A stretch of 64,000 nt of DNA, taken from NCBI GenBank assembly GCA_036172245.1, contig JAYWIR010000006.1, positions 2,046,001 to 2,110,000 on the forward strand, read 5' to 3'. Below are positions 24,961 through 37,590 of the stretch, piece after piece. The translations under genes and the position numbers were made by a program. Within the stretch, counting starts at the first letter, position 1; every line of letters begins with the position of its first letter. A model generated the notes under the pieces. The model ran no database searches and was not told the DNA's origin. It saw nothing but the letters and a program-made list of their open reading frames with translations. The stretch is from Raillietiella orientalis (taxonomy: Eukaryota).

Positions 24961-27069
24961 ACGTCTGGAAAGAAGGAAATTCCTCACTCGATGACTCTTC
25001 CTGGATACTCCATGCGGAGGAACTTTGCACGACTGGTCTCATTTCGAGAGTTGGAGGAAAAATAGGCGGCGGAGTCATATGAGGGAACGTGCGCCATGCT
25101 AAGTGCTGCGGTTCGGGGGTTCCACCTGGGAGGAGCTGGAGGGAATTGTTGATCCCGTGCGGCATCCAGAATGCCACCACAGCGATCGATGGGGGAGGTC
25201 CTGAGGAGCAGAGCCAAGCTGAATATTTAAATCGCAAGAGACGCAGCAGCGAGGTGACGAACGCGGCGGAGCGTTCCTCTTCATTGATGCTGTGCGAAAC
25301 AAACGACCAAGATTACAGGATAAGCATCACTGCATCTGCACATGAGGGCAAAAAATGCCAGTCTCGGAAAACTTCATCCATCTGCCGTGACATTCTTTGT
25401 GGAAGAAGAACCAAAGTGAGAGAGGCAGGGAGACCTGGCTGTTGATGGGGGGGAAACGACTAGCAGATTCTTAAGAGACAGAAGCCCCGTGGAAAGAGTG
25501 AATCTTTGAAATGATTTTCGGTTCACTTTTTTTTTTTGTACCTTTCAAAGATTACGAATAGATGATGGAACCGTAAAAGTTAAATAATGTTTCTCCACGG
25601 ATTCGGAAGCCGAGTTAAAGACTAACGAGCAGGATGGCAGCTCTTCTAGAAAAGAAATATCTTCCTGGAGATCGCCGAATCTCGGCGTTTCGGGCTGAAC
25701 CCTCCCTCGGCACTTTGAAAAATAGTCCTCAAGGAGTAACAGGGGAGGGAGGTGTGCCTTGCAGCGCTTGAGAACTCTGATGTGAACTCCCTGGAATTTG
25801 GCTGCAGCCGTACCCGGTGTCTGGACTCGTCTCCGCAGACTCACGCCAAGAGTTTCGGTTTTGAGCAGATCCTCGATCCCGGAGTACACTTTTCTCGTGG
25901 GACGCCGGATTTCGTGACCACCATCCTCCGTCATCCACCCACCTTCCGCGCAGCCTCTTTCTTGCTCTTCCTTCCTCACGAGTGGCGTGGCGGGTGAACT
26001 GACTTGGTCAGTTTTTCGCACGAAGTCAGGTGGTCCGGGAGACGCCGCCTGCGAACCGGGGAAGGACTCGTGAGCCTGCCTTGCACGCCTGAGGGTGAGA
26101 GTGCGCCACCCTACTACCCTCGCTTGCGAATCTGCGGGGCTGCCATCCAGGCCTCTTCCCAACACGGAACTCGTGCCCTCCTTGCCTGACGCAAGAGGCG
26201 GAGGGCGGATCCCCGAAGCACACGGACAAGCTCCACCCCCTCACCTGTCCGATCGCTAATTTCACCGTGTCATCTTCCGGTTTCATCTTCTCCTCACGTC
26301 CCGATGCACCACCCCACCCGCGGGCCATCAACCTTCCATGAGCGGACGGCGCAACTGCTTCCCTGTCAAAGGACGCTGCCATAAAACCCCTTGTCTCCTT
26401 ACCCATAGCGCGTTTTCCCAGCTGCCGTTGACAGCTAGTTTGCACTTAATTCCAGACCCATTAAAAAACCCTATTAAGCTCGCGCGTGCCCTGCATCTTC
26501 CTCAGCTGGCAACACTGCTGGCAGGCACCTAGCTAGCAGTTTTTTGTGGGATTCTCATACGGATGCCTGCTGGCTCCCTCTAACCCCCCCGTCATCCTCC
26601 CCCTTTCCCTCGTCCTCTCTCTCTTTTTCCCTCAGGAAAACGAAACTCTCCGACACACCCTGGTTCCGCCTCGGGGTAAACCCGGGAAACTTCCAGGGAA
26701 GAAGCGGGCAGGTCTTGCTTCCCCGCTTGCTTCAGCGGCTGGCAGCTGGACCGGGAGCGCTGGTCGGAATGGCGATCGGAGACCCGCAGCCTTCCTGAGA
26801 TGAGGACGCGGCGAACGGCGTCTGACTGTCCCTTGGTGCCTGAAACTCCTTCCTTTGAGGAACTCCACGCGTAGCCTTGGATGCTCGTGCAAAACTCATC
26901 CTTTGAACGGAGGAAAGAGAGGAGGAGGAGGAAGAAAAGAAGAGGAGAGATGAAGAAGGAGGAATGAAGATGGTGGAGTCCCTAGCGCTCGTTATTTCTG
27001 CATTTTCCTTCATTCCCCTTCTCCCTTTCCTTTTTTTCCCTACTTTTCTGAGCTCAGGAAACACCCTTC

Positions 27070-27830
27070 TTGCATGCCTCTCCCATCCCTCTGGTCGAGC
27101 GACTGGAACTGCATCCTAGATGCGCTCATGATAAGCGCTGTCTCTAGAAGCGCGGGAGGCCGGAGTACCACAGGAAGGATCGTTCGATTTCCGAGATCAC
27201 GATCGTTTCACTACCCCGAATACCCTCAGGAAACAGGACGGAGTCCCTGTTTCGCTTCCCCTGCAGAAATGATCCGCGCGCCGCTGGAGTCCCACGTCTC
27301 GGTGTCCACTGCCGTTCCAGGATGTCACCGGTGTGACGGCCTCTCCTCATTTCCGTAATGGGGAAACCCATTAACCGACTGACTTCACAAAGGAGCGCCT
27401 AGAGTCAGATTCTTCGGCAACAAATCCCGTCCTGTTTTCGGGTACATAATGGATGTGTTGATTACCCGCTGGAGCACTCCCGCATCCCGGCCTCCGGAGG
27501 AAGGTCCCAGAGACGAGCCGCGAAAACACTTGGACGCGCGCGCGACGGCAGATGTGTCTAGGAGAACCATTAGCTGACGCGACGGTTCCCTGCAATCGTC
27601 CCTGGACAGACGGGGTGAGAGTCGCTCGCTGCCATCCCTGCTGGCAGCAGCCACACCCCGGCGCAACGAGCCCGATCGCGCCATCTTTGCCTTATCGAGC
27701 TTTCGGGAAGCAGCGAGTTCCGAATACCCGAGTAGGTTCCCTCCCCAAGGAAGAGGCATCCGTTTCCAATTGCCCTGCCTCGATGTTGGCATCCCCTATT
27801 TCTTCCCCGAGTTCTTCTCCTTGTTATGCT
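27070..27830 (-). repeat. Probable unknown family copy, diverged
   Basis: RVINTSIMYPKTGRDLLPKNLTLG resembles VLINTHTLPLEWQELILMLLHWG. Confidence 0.4.
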
Positions 27831-27899
27831 CGGAACAGCTGTAAAGCATGGAGACCGCCTCTCGTAAACGTTTGTTACAAACTGCTATGCAAATTACAG

Positions 27900-28080
27900 G
27901 AAGAAAATACATCGTGAATGTTCCCGCATTAATTTCTCCGGGAACAAGGCAGCTTATCAATACAGATGACACAAACATGCAATTCTTTCCATGATTAATG
28001 AGATCCAACAGGAATTAAATCAATACGGGTTCCTTGAAATCGTGTGTCACCAGTGTCTGCTGATCGGGCGTTCTCCCGAA
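27900..28080 (+). mobile_element. Short LINE RT fragment (catalytic domain 5 region)
   Basis: YIVNVPALISPGTRQLINTDDT (~YINDLP...LLYADDT), then IQQELNQ. Confidence 0.5.
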
Positions 28081-29589
28081 TTCCGTAATTAGTAGAGACT
28101 TTCATTAAAAAAAAAAAAAAATGAGAAAGCGAAGGAAAGAATGGAGGAGGAGAAGGGCCCCTTCTTACTCCTCCTCACATTCTCCAAGACAGCAGGTGGA
28201 ATCAAGGTGGAACCCTGACGAGCACCCTGACTCTGTGAAAGGGCAGGCGTCCACCTGAAAGCTGGAGGACCTCGCGTCCGGCGGAAGATCGAAGTAGAGA
28301 TGAGAAACGATGGCTCACTCCAGCCTCCTCTTCCCTTCGTCGTCGCTCCTCTCTCTCTCTCTCTCTGAACCCACGACACCAGAACCGCTTAACCCTTTGC
28401 TGGGATTGCAAGCAATCCTCAACTGCTCCCTGCCCCAGAACAGATGAGTTTTTTTGTTTGTTTTTTTTTCAACACAAGGGCAGGAGGAGGAAAAATAGTG
28501 GTCCAGCTGCGGTCCTGACGCCTGGACTCACATTGGTAAGCGAGACTGAGCGGCCGTCTACCGGGAAAAAAACGAACTCCTTTCCCCTCCCTTTTCTCTC
28601 CTTCTCGCTCGTCGCACGGCAAAACGTGCGGCGACGGGCGTGCGCGAAAATTCGGCGACAAATGTCTTCTTGGCTGCACACGCGAACCAAGAAGACCATC
28701 AGATTCCTCGAGTCCGAAGAAGCCCCTCCAGCTATTCCGGTGAATAGAGGGTAGGAAGTATGCGCTAGGTAAGCAGTGGACCCTTGCACAACCGCTCACC
28801 TCCCCTTGACTATCTGCAAAGAAAGGAACAGCCTTGCTATTCCTTAAGCAGGACGACTGATAACAAAAATTCCCTTGCTGCTGGGAACCTCAATGGCCCT
28901 GATTCTGGAACCTGATTATGCGTTTTCGGGAACCCTCTAAAAAATGCCATAACCTTGAGGAGCACCCGTCGGACGAATTCTTGGGGCTCCTAGCATTGCA
29001 TTCAAGACATCACGATTGTTCCCGGAAACAACAGCGACCAAGCTCGAGTTCCGGAGTGCCTCTTTTTCACTCTTTTTTTTTCCAAGCACTGCTCCAAACA
29101 TGCGCTCCTGGAGAGCTGCGTTGCATCCTCCGGACGTGGAGGGAGCGACTTGCAATGTAGCGACTGCTGTCATTTCGGAAGACTGCCTCCCGCTGCTCCA
29201 TTTGCCTGGTGACATAGACCACGTCTCCGATAGATGCCTCTGCTGCTGCTTATACTGGTGAGCACTGCCTTGCACTCCATGCGTTCTGCACATCTGTTGG
29301 GGGATGTCGAGTCTCTGTAAGACTTGGTCTCTCGTATCTCCCGATCCGAGGAGGCTACGACCAGCTCGCACACCTATGCCTGTGCTCTCTCGGAAAGAAA
29401 GGAAAAAAGCCGGTTCCTTCCTTTGCCGTGCTTCCTCCACCTCTGGCTCCGATCTTTCGAAGGTAAAATCAAGGACGGCAGTGGGTTTTTTTTTTTTTTC
29501 TGAAGCACGAGACGCTGGCCAAAGTTTTGAAGGATTGGCTGCAAGCCACATCAGTTCCACTGCTTCCAAGTTCACCACTTGGACTCGGT

Positions 29590-30250
29590 TCACCATATCA
29601 TCACGCTTCCTGGAATATCACATGCAATAATTCAGGTGGATGCTGCCATCCCATACCACGCACCTCCTGCCCGTGAGGCTTCACCTTCCCTCGTGAGGGC
29701 AAACGCGTTCAGGAGGAACCTCTCGCAGCCTCGAGTTTGCAGCGTCTTGCAAACCACCGCCAACAGACGTGCTGCACGGGTGTATCACTTCCCATGCAGA
29801 TGAGATGGAGCCTGGCCTCGGGCAACGCGCAACTCCAATAAACTTTTAATAGAAATGAGACCGGGAACTTCCCCTCTGCCGTCATCTCTCTTCTCCAAGG
29901 CAAGGAGCCTACTGGCATGTCGTACAACCCTGAAAAAGGCTTCCAGAGCTTTCCTACGTTCGCGCCGCTCATTTATTTATTTTACGAATCAATCAAGAGA
30001 ATATGAGGATCGATAATTATCTTCCGTTGCACATAATCTTGTCATGCCAGAGAAATATCGGGCAGACATGACGGATTGATGCGAATCCTCGCGCACTTTT
30101 TCAAGCGTTTCTGTACGGGGGGAACTCTCCGGCGCGAGTGTGTCTTCAGAAGGAAAAGTGGAGATGAATCCAACTGATTGCCAGAGTACGGACCCTTCGT
30201 TATTCATGGCAGCCTCACCGTGGACGAAATCGATCTTGGGGTCCTGTCAC
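29590..30250 (-). mobile_element. One or two CR1-like LINE 3' fragments
   Basis: LLKVYWSCALPE (~LL.LYKS.VRP) and QTRGCERFL (~TRGH..KL). A second piece reads RYFS...SYSLD*FVK and ends in (TAAA)n at ~29971-29984. Confidence 0.45.
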
Positions 30251-30954
30251 CCGGGTATTCTTGCTGCTTCGCAGAAAAAAGTGAAATATGAAAGGATTCC
30301 TACAGTTCTTCCTCCGCTGCCGGATTTGTTTCCTCATGGAATCAGTGGGATTGTCCGAGCCGGGCCTCTCAAGTATCGCAGGATGACGGATCCGCAACTC
30401 CCACGGCATCGGTGCTTTCTTAGACGTCTTAGAGCTCCTCGATCTCGAAGATGCAAGGCCCGCGGCACCACATCAGGCGCAAAAGCGCAAACGAGGAACT
30501 TTCTGGGTTGTTTTCTACTCTCACTTTTATGGGCAGCGCTTCGAAGCACGCTGGCGGGCATTCCATGGGAGTATTGATTACCGCAGGCACTGGTGATGCA
30601 GGCTGTACCTCGTGGCTTCTAATTTTCCAGCAGTTCGGCTCTCCGGGAGGCTGGCTCCTCAAGTAGCTCGGCGTTTGGACTCTTCAAAACACAGCACGTG
30701 GCCAAACACATAAATGCACTGCAACACACACACGCACACGCACACGCACGCAGCAACAAATCGATAGCTTTGCTGTCTCAGTTTCGTGCCTCCTACTATC
30801 AGCGCGGTAAGGGTTCAAGGGGAAACGCAGGCAGGTGACCACGCATCTGCCTCACTGCGTCGGGACAGTGCTGCTTCCCGACTAGGAAGGCAAGAACCCA
30901 GCTTCCAGTCCAGAGGCAGGGAGACTGAGCTTCAGAAGATCCTCTGTACCGGAA

Positions 30955-31150
30955 GAAGTAAGGGGTTTCAACCCGATCACTCCGGGACGTCTGTTTCGAC
31001 GAAAACAAAACACACCACAAGTTCGGGGGGGAAAGGCACTCCCTTCGAAAAAACAAGGAAAGCCAAAAAGGAAAAAAAAAAAAGAAGTTCATCAGGGATA
31101 ACCACCTGCACGCAGGCAGCCTGCCGAAAAGTAGGGAGAAGGAGGGGGTG
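30955..31150 (-). repeat. Unknown family 3' end fragment
   Basis: Revcomp matches 40130-40330: gcctgcgtgc.ggtgg.tatccctgatgaactt ... cgtcccg..gtga.cgg.tt.aaacccct. Confidence 0.75.
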
Positions 31151-31559
31151 GCAAGCACCAAAGCACTACTGCTTCCTGCTTCCAGGGAAACGGAAGTACC
31201 ACTTTGATACCTACCGTCGTTGATACCGAATTCGGTCCATCCGGTGATCACGGAAACGATGATCGGAGTGTGGAATCCGTCCGCTTCGTCGATCCCTATC
31301 GACCTGAATAGCTGCTGCAGGATCCCTCCCCTTAACCTGATATATGTCTCCTCTGGAGAATGTGAAATCGCGAAACCATCTCCTCCTGTCGTTGGGATCC
31401 CGGCTACCTACTGAAAGTTAAAATATAATTAATAGCGCATTGTAAATACATTACTGACAATTATGCTGACGTAGGAAAGATTTGTGTGTCAAGTTTTCCT
31501 CATCATGCAGGAACGAAGCTGCTCGCGCTCTTGCTCGATAGTGGATTTTATTCTGTGCG

Positions 31560-33250
31560 GAGTAACAAAACTCATTAGCAACTGCTAACAGTGCAAACAG
31601 ATGGTAACACAAAGATATTCCTTTGATTAACAGCGGATGCCAATATAGAGAGAAAGATGCTTACATCTTTCTTTCTGTATTGGCATCGGTTGTTTGCTAG
31701 GAAGAGGGATGCACCTACGATTTCATTCCCATGCTGCAGCATGGCAATTGGAGAGGGGGGGAGCATAGCTACGCGTAGCTGCGAATGGCACCTTTGCCAC
31801 TTCTTGTATTACAAAGCCTTGCATGACTCCTGTGTGGAGGAGTAACACCGTCCTTTGCAGCGTGTCTTCCAGGCTGTCCTTTAATATCGTGTGGCGCTGC
31901 TTCATCTTGGGTTTTCCTCCCGGTAAATCCGAAAGGTTTTCGATTTCGAATTTCGGGATCCGCGGAACTACCTTTCCTCCTGACGCTACCTTGCTCCTTT
32001 TCTGAGGGACACAGCTTCCAGACCGATGTCCAGTTCAGCCTAGAGTGCAAAAAAGGCAGAAGACTACCTGAAGGCCGAAGATTCGGCGAGTTTCCCATTC
32101 AGACAACTTCCCGTCCGGTGTTCAAGGACACTTCCTATCGACAAGTTTTCTTGAGATCTCTATCGATTGGAACGTCAACCCGAAAAAGCTTTCTACACGT
32201 CGATACCCCCATAAAATCCTGGTTGCTTGCGATACTGAACGTGCTTTCCCCGTCCGATGTATTTTCGCTTGTACGTTTCCTTCTTTGCAAAACTTCGAAG
32301 CATGAAGTGTCCTTCTCGAATTCCAATGAATCAAAAACACAGGAATCTGATCGTCCCGCGTTAGTGAGGAGCTTCGGATTAAACTTGAGCAGCTGAGCTC
32401 TCATTTGGGAACCACATCTTCTAGATCACCATGTAGTCTTTTCCATTCGTGGACCCGGATTTTGGACGGCAAGAAGATGACTTCTCAATGGCTTTCAGAG
32501 ACCCAAACAGTGATTGGAATTCAAGGGAAAAGCAGTCCCTGATCAAAGGCTGGCAATTCTGGTTCCAACCTTCATCGAGGGCGAGCTATTGGGAATCTCT
32601 TCACGCGGCTTTCCTTTTCCACTGTATTAATTTGAGCGTCGCCATGGGGACACACTTTCCATAAGTGATCACGTGTTTGAGCGCCTCGAGTGAAGGATCC
32701 ATTCTTCTAAATTTTACCTGCCTCTGCAATGAAAGCATGTCATCCCGGAAAGGGTTCTTGCATTTTACTCAGATCCCTGACTTCCATTCCCTCTGCTTGC
32801 TAAATCCTTCGATTCCTCAGCATCCTGAATGATTTCGGTTCCTATGGAAGTAATTGCCGTCATTGTTTCCAGCCTGACCGCCTTTCAGATGAAAATCGGA
32901 TTTGTTCCAAGAGTGACTGAGCCATGACGCAATCTATGAATGCGTTACCCAGGACAACGAGACATTCAGTTCCACCTGAGACCAAACGGCAGGATGTTGG
33001 AACTGTCTCGTACTTTTCCTGGGAACTGCTATCAGTCCTCACTACTATTTCCAGTCGCTTTTGAATGCATGTCGATGTTAGCAGTTTCTCCTGGCTTTTT
33101 CTTTGGAAACTGTAGGCTCTGACCTGATCAGCGGGTCACATCTGCTTTCGTGAGACTCAAGGAAAAATTCGCTCGCAACTCCCAGTCTACGATAAAGTCA
33201 AATTCAGAAACTCGTGGATTATGGAAATCCTTTTGGGTTCTTCTGTTCTT
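31560..33250 (+). mobile_element. Decayed CR1/L2-like LINE ORF2 (linker plus RT)
   Basis: In order: GNTKIF, EKDAYIFLSVLASV, PGKS, FSLE..GRRLPE...FPI....SYRQVFLRS (~SL..G..P..W...PI...NYRPISL.S), DFSMAFRD (~DFSKAFD), SASSEGSIL (~SGVPQGSIL). Confidence 0.7.
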
Positions 33251-33299
33251 CCTTACTTCCCTTTTTTGGAGGAGGGTGTTTCTTTTTTTTTTGGTTTTG

Positions 33300-34880
33300 C
33301 TAAGTGCTGAAGAATCGTTCGCCTCCTTGGGAGAGGCTCACGAAGCTCTTTAACCAGGTCCACATCACTTGAGGGTGCATATAACTCTTCCAGTTATATA
33401 GGGATAACCCTGGAAAGACAACCCTATGAATCCAGCAAGGCTCTGGAGGAAGGAGTCTGTTCCTCTCACGCTTGGTAGCGAGCCCCAATGGAAAGCTCTT
33501 CCTTATTCTCTCCGGAGTCCTGGAGGGGACCACTCCTCATTTCTTCTCCGAAAAGAACCCGAAAGGGAATCTCCTGGAAATTCTCCTCCGGTGGACACCT
33601 GCAAGGGAGCTAAGCGCTCCCTTTTTACTTCTCTGAGGAGAAGCTCGATGGAGTGCTCTTCGAAAGGAGCAGGGCTCTTGTTGACTCTCTGGAGAGGCAA
33701 CCCCACGAAGGGAGTATCAACCAGCTCCATGGTACTTGACGCTCCAAGGTACTGCTTTATTTTCACAATGAAGGGGAACCCCTGAGGGAAGCGATTCAGT
33801 GACTACTTGATTCCTGAAAGGATTGCGGAGGGTTAACTTCCAATCCCGGAGGCCAGTAGCAGGGGCATCCAGCTTCCGGGTTCCACCGGTGCCGTACCCG
33901 AAGCGCCTACAGGGCAACCAAAGCTATCGTGCCGGGGGCAAAGAGGAAGGGAACCCGTAAAGCATCCGCTCTTGAAAATTCTTCCCCGGAGGAAACTACT
34001 CCTTCTTTGTTTCCTACTCTGAAGGGGACCCCGAAGGGACACCTCGGAATTTCTCTCAAGGGCACTTCCTGAAGGGGGCAGAGCGCTTTTTGACACTCCG
34101 CGGAGGTTTCAACCAGCCTCATGGAACGCGATGGAGTGTCTCCACCTAGGGGGAAGGGGGAATGGCTCCATTTTTCACAACCGGAAGAAAACTCCGAAGG
34201 GAACCGACTCCTTGGTTTCTGGAAGGAACCCAGAGAGTCAACTTCCAGTCCCGGTCCGTCAAAGGGGGCATCCGGTTTCTGGCTTGCACCAGTGCTGCTG
34301 GGCATTCCAGAGGAAGACCTGTAGTCGTCCCGGGTGCTCATAAACACCTACACCCTCCCCATGGAGTGGCAGGAGTTAATATTGATGCTGCTGCACTGGG
34401 GCCTTCCATACAACGCTCCCCGGCATCTGTGGACACGGGGTGTGTGTGTGTGGACCCAAACTGTGCGAGGTGCTGGGAGCGGGAATACCTCCCACACCTC
34501 CTAGTGGACCGTGTTGCCCCCCGGCCCCTTTGGAAGCGCTTTGTCGCGACCCGTGGAACCCCCGGCGGAAACCCCAGTAACCTCTTGAAGCGCTTCTTCC
34601 TGCGCGACGCCCTCACGCCGGTCGCATCACCAGCAGCACTTTGCTGCCCACGCAGCGGGACCGTGGCTGCATGGATCAACACCAGAGATGGCCATTTATT
34701 TTGCTGTCCTCTTCATGAGCACAGCATCAAGATGGCCCCATCTGGGAGTCTTGAAACAGGAACTTGCCGGCATCCTACAAGGATGCAGAGGACACCCTCC
34801 AGCACACGGTGATCTCTTCCCGAACCCCCTCATTTTTTGACTGTATGTTTCCTGTCACATGCGGAGACCGCAGCCACACG
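33300..34880 (+). repeat. Unknown family copy: 5' module, partial tandem second module, ORF domain
   Basis: 33300-33895 resembles 12705-13275. 33950-34290 repeats the module's 3' half. 34334-34850 is close to 59171-59690 (4 mismatches in the first ~110 nt). Confidence 0.9.
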
Positions 34881-34899
34881 ACCGCCAACGCGGGCCCCT

Positions 34900-36345
34900 C
34901 CGTTTTCGTAGTTCTCCGAAAAAGTTTTCAAGTTTTCTGATTGTGGGCTACCCTATTGTAGACCACGTTGCATCGTAGGGCTTCTTGCACTCAAGTGCCC
35001 CGTCTGTGTTATCCCGAGTTGTTCAATTCCTCTGAAGCTCTACTAGTGTTTCTCTTCCCCTTCTTTCCCAAGTGCTTCGTTGCACCATAGAACATCCTGG
35101 AATTCTCTGCCGGTCCATTCTCCGTCTGCATCCATAACTTTCTCTCGTGACAAAGCGAATTAGCCGTCGCCGTGTCAACTGTTGGCTTCTTGCCGATCAC
35201 CCAGAATGGATTTCCCACGGAGAGCTTGCTGATCCGCCGATTGAAGCTGCGCTTCTCCTTCGTAAGCCCAGCTCTGGCTCGAAGAGAAGTGCTCGGAGCA
35301 AACAGGGGGCAACATGCAAACCCTCCAATCGAACGAATAAATTCTTGCGCTCTCTTGGGTCCAACTGAAAAATGCATGCTGATTCTTGGCTCCTGGGAGG
35401 AATCTGTCTTCTTCACCACCCGCAGCAACTTCAAGGGCTGAATCCATCTCCGATGACACGTCCCAGCTGCTGTCTTTTATGCATATGAGAAAGCAGTCTT
35501 CTTCTTCACTGAATTCTATTCGCTCTTTGCACCGAAGAATCGTCGGAGAATGCACGGAGCTGGCAACCCTTCCCAGGCGAACTTCGGTTCCATTCATTGC
35601 CTCAGGATGAAGAATTCCGAGCACGTTTCCGGATTACGAATCCCAACAAGTTTGCTCAGAGTGTTTTGGTGTCAGAGCGCTCCGTTCAGATCCTCCGCAG
35701 CTGTCCACGTGAAATTTTGCATTTTTCTTTTTCTTTCTTTTGATGGCTGTCTCTGTTTCCATAATTTCAATTTCGCCTGCCATCTGTGTGGTGCATGGAG
35801 GCTTGTAATGGCTTTCCTTTCCTTTCCAGATCAGATGAAGTATCTCGAGTTGCTTCGGCATCTGACCTGAAAACATCCCTAAGTGGTTTCAACATTCCAC
35901 TTCGAGAGTCGCTTTCAGCGCGCGTGACCATTTTGCTCCTTTTGTTTCTGGTTTTCAAGCTTCCGAAACAGCAAAGCTTTGCAGGAACAGTGCTGGAACA
36001 AGAACAGGTCAGGCAACAGCAGGGATCCACTCCGAACACTCGCGCCATAAGAAACGAATGCTTCCAGGAGACGAATGGCGCGACGTCACAAGTCAGAAAA
36101 GTCACACACAAAGGCAGCTTGTGCTCCACAGCTCGCAGAGCTTCCAAGTACTTCTCGAGGAGAGAAACAAAAATGCTCTCGCTGCAATTGCCCTTCAGTG
36201 ATTCTGGACCCCATGATCCAAAGCGAGCCCCCCACCGGAGAGCCAAAGCGACGCGTAAAACCGGACGATCAACGAGGGAAATCACGAAACCCTCCGCAGC
36301 GCACGCTTCCTCGGCGACCCGAAGAAAAGGAAGGTCTGCCCGAAT
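34900..36345 (-). mobile_element. Internally deleted decayed LINE (5' region/ORF1 remnant, endonuclease end, linker)
   Basis: 36040-36335 is a diverged homologue of 18550-18870. SGNVLG and ASSVHSPTIL (~GN.LD, SDH.P.IL); NSRMFYGATKHLGK (linker). Confidence 0.6.
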
Positions 36346-36658
36346 TCTTTGATCGACCCGCAACTGGGTGCATGCCGAGCGTCTCAGACTCATGAGGGAC
36401 AAGCAGTTTCTTCGAGAAAGCACGAGGGCGAGAAATCGAAGAAGCCACAACGTCTCCGTCGGAGGCATCTCCGGCATCTCTTTTGGAGTCCCTTTGCGTT
36501 CTTCTTGACCGAGGTACCAGCTCAGCCTAGCATGCTTGCATTTCGCAGTTCTCCATTCAGCATTTAAGAAACTATTCCTTCCAAGCATTGGACTCCGTCG
36601 GCAGCCCATGGAAGCGTTTTGTTGTTGTTGTTGTTTTCGAAAATTTCCATTTCTAAGA

Positions 36659-37590
36659 CCGCCTTCGAGGAGGACGGCCGCGGCCGCTCTGGCTCCGCGT
36701 GCGACAGCGTTCCCGCACGAACCCTGACGTGCTCGCTCACTCCTCGGCTTCCCTACGTGCCCCGTCCTGTAAAACCCGCGTGCCTTCCCTTCTCTTCCGC
36801 GTCCGTAATGGGGCCGAGTCGCGCTCAGTGGCAGCTTGGCCGGGCGCGTTCTCGCCATTCCGTGCCTTCGCTCCTCGTCGGCTTGCAGTCAGTTGCGCGG
36901 TCGTTTTCGTGCCTGGCGGACGCGCGTCCCAGAAAGTGGAGCGAAAGCCCGAAGCACTCCTCCGGAGCGTCGTTCCCGTCTTCCTCGGGAACGACGAGCG
37001 GGGCGACTGGCCGGAAATTGAGGAACCGAGTGGCGCCTCAGTCACCCAAGGTCGGTCGGCTGACTTTGCCTGGAGAACTGCGTATCGCTTCGCGAGGAAG
37101 GACGAACCCCTCCTTTTCTTCGGGTCGCCGAGGAAGCGTGCGCTGCGGAGGGTTTCCTGATTTCCCTCGTTGATCTCCCGGTTTCACGCGTCGCTTTGGC
37201 TCATGGGGTCCGGAATCGCCAAAGGGCAATGGGTGCCTTGCCGGGCACGTCGCCGTTTGAGGAAATCGGAATGTCCTGCGGGAAGCAGCTGCGCATCGTT
37301 GAGTACCAGCATTGCCTGAGAAATGGGCGCAAGCAATCGCGCATCTTTGTTTTCCGGTTGGCTGTCCTTCTGTGTTGGTCTTTGGAGGTCTGTCGAAGTC
37401 GAAGGAGCATTCGTTTCTTGTCGTCGCTGCCGCTCCGTCGCACCCACCGGGGGAAATGGTAAGGGACTTCGGCTGGCTAACCGGTGCTTGCATGTAGAGG
37501 ACGCTGGGAACGTGCCTCTTGAAGTGAAGAGAGATTCTGGTTCCTGACTTTCCATTCTCTGTTTTTTCATCTCATCGGAAAGTTCAGTCC
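36659..37590 (-). repeat. Right arm of the 932-bp inverted repeat
   Basis: Reverse complement of 18389-19320. Confidence 0.97.

Noticed and set aside
31600..31920. Ankyrin repeats on the minus strand (KDGVTPPH)
   Set aside because: The plus strand carries collinear LINE linker/RT motifs through this region, so this is probably an antisense coincidence.
35767..36858. 363-aa ORF as a real gene
   Set aside because: It spans the junction of the inverted duplication, a (TTG)n microsatellite and a decayed LINE, so it is a chimeric chance frame.
18389..37590. Polinton/Maverick or other giant TIR element (19 kb, ~0.9-kb TIRs)
   Set aside because: No TSD, no AG...CT termini and no pPolB/integrase/ATPase/capsid ORFs inside. 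The arm is a piece of a decayed LINE that continues beyond the left arm.
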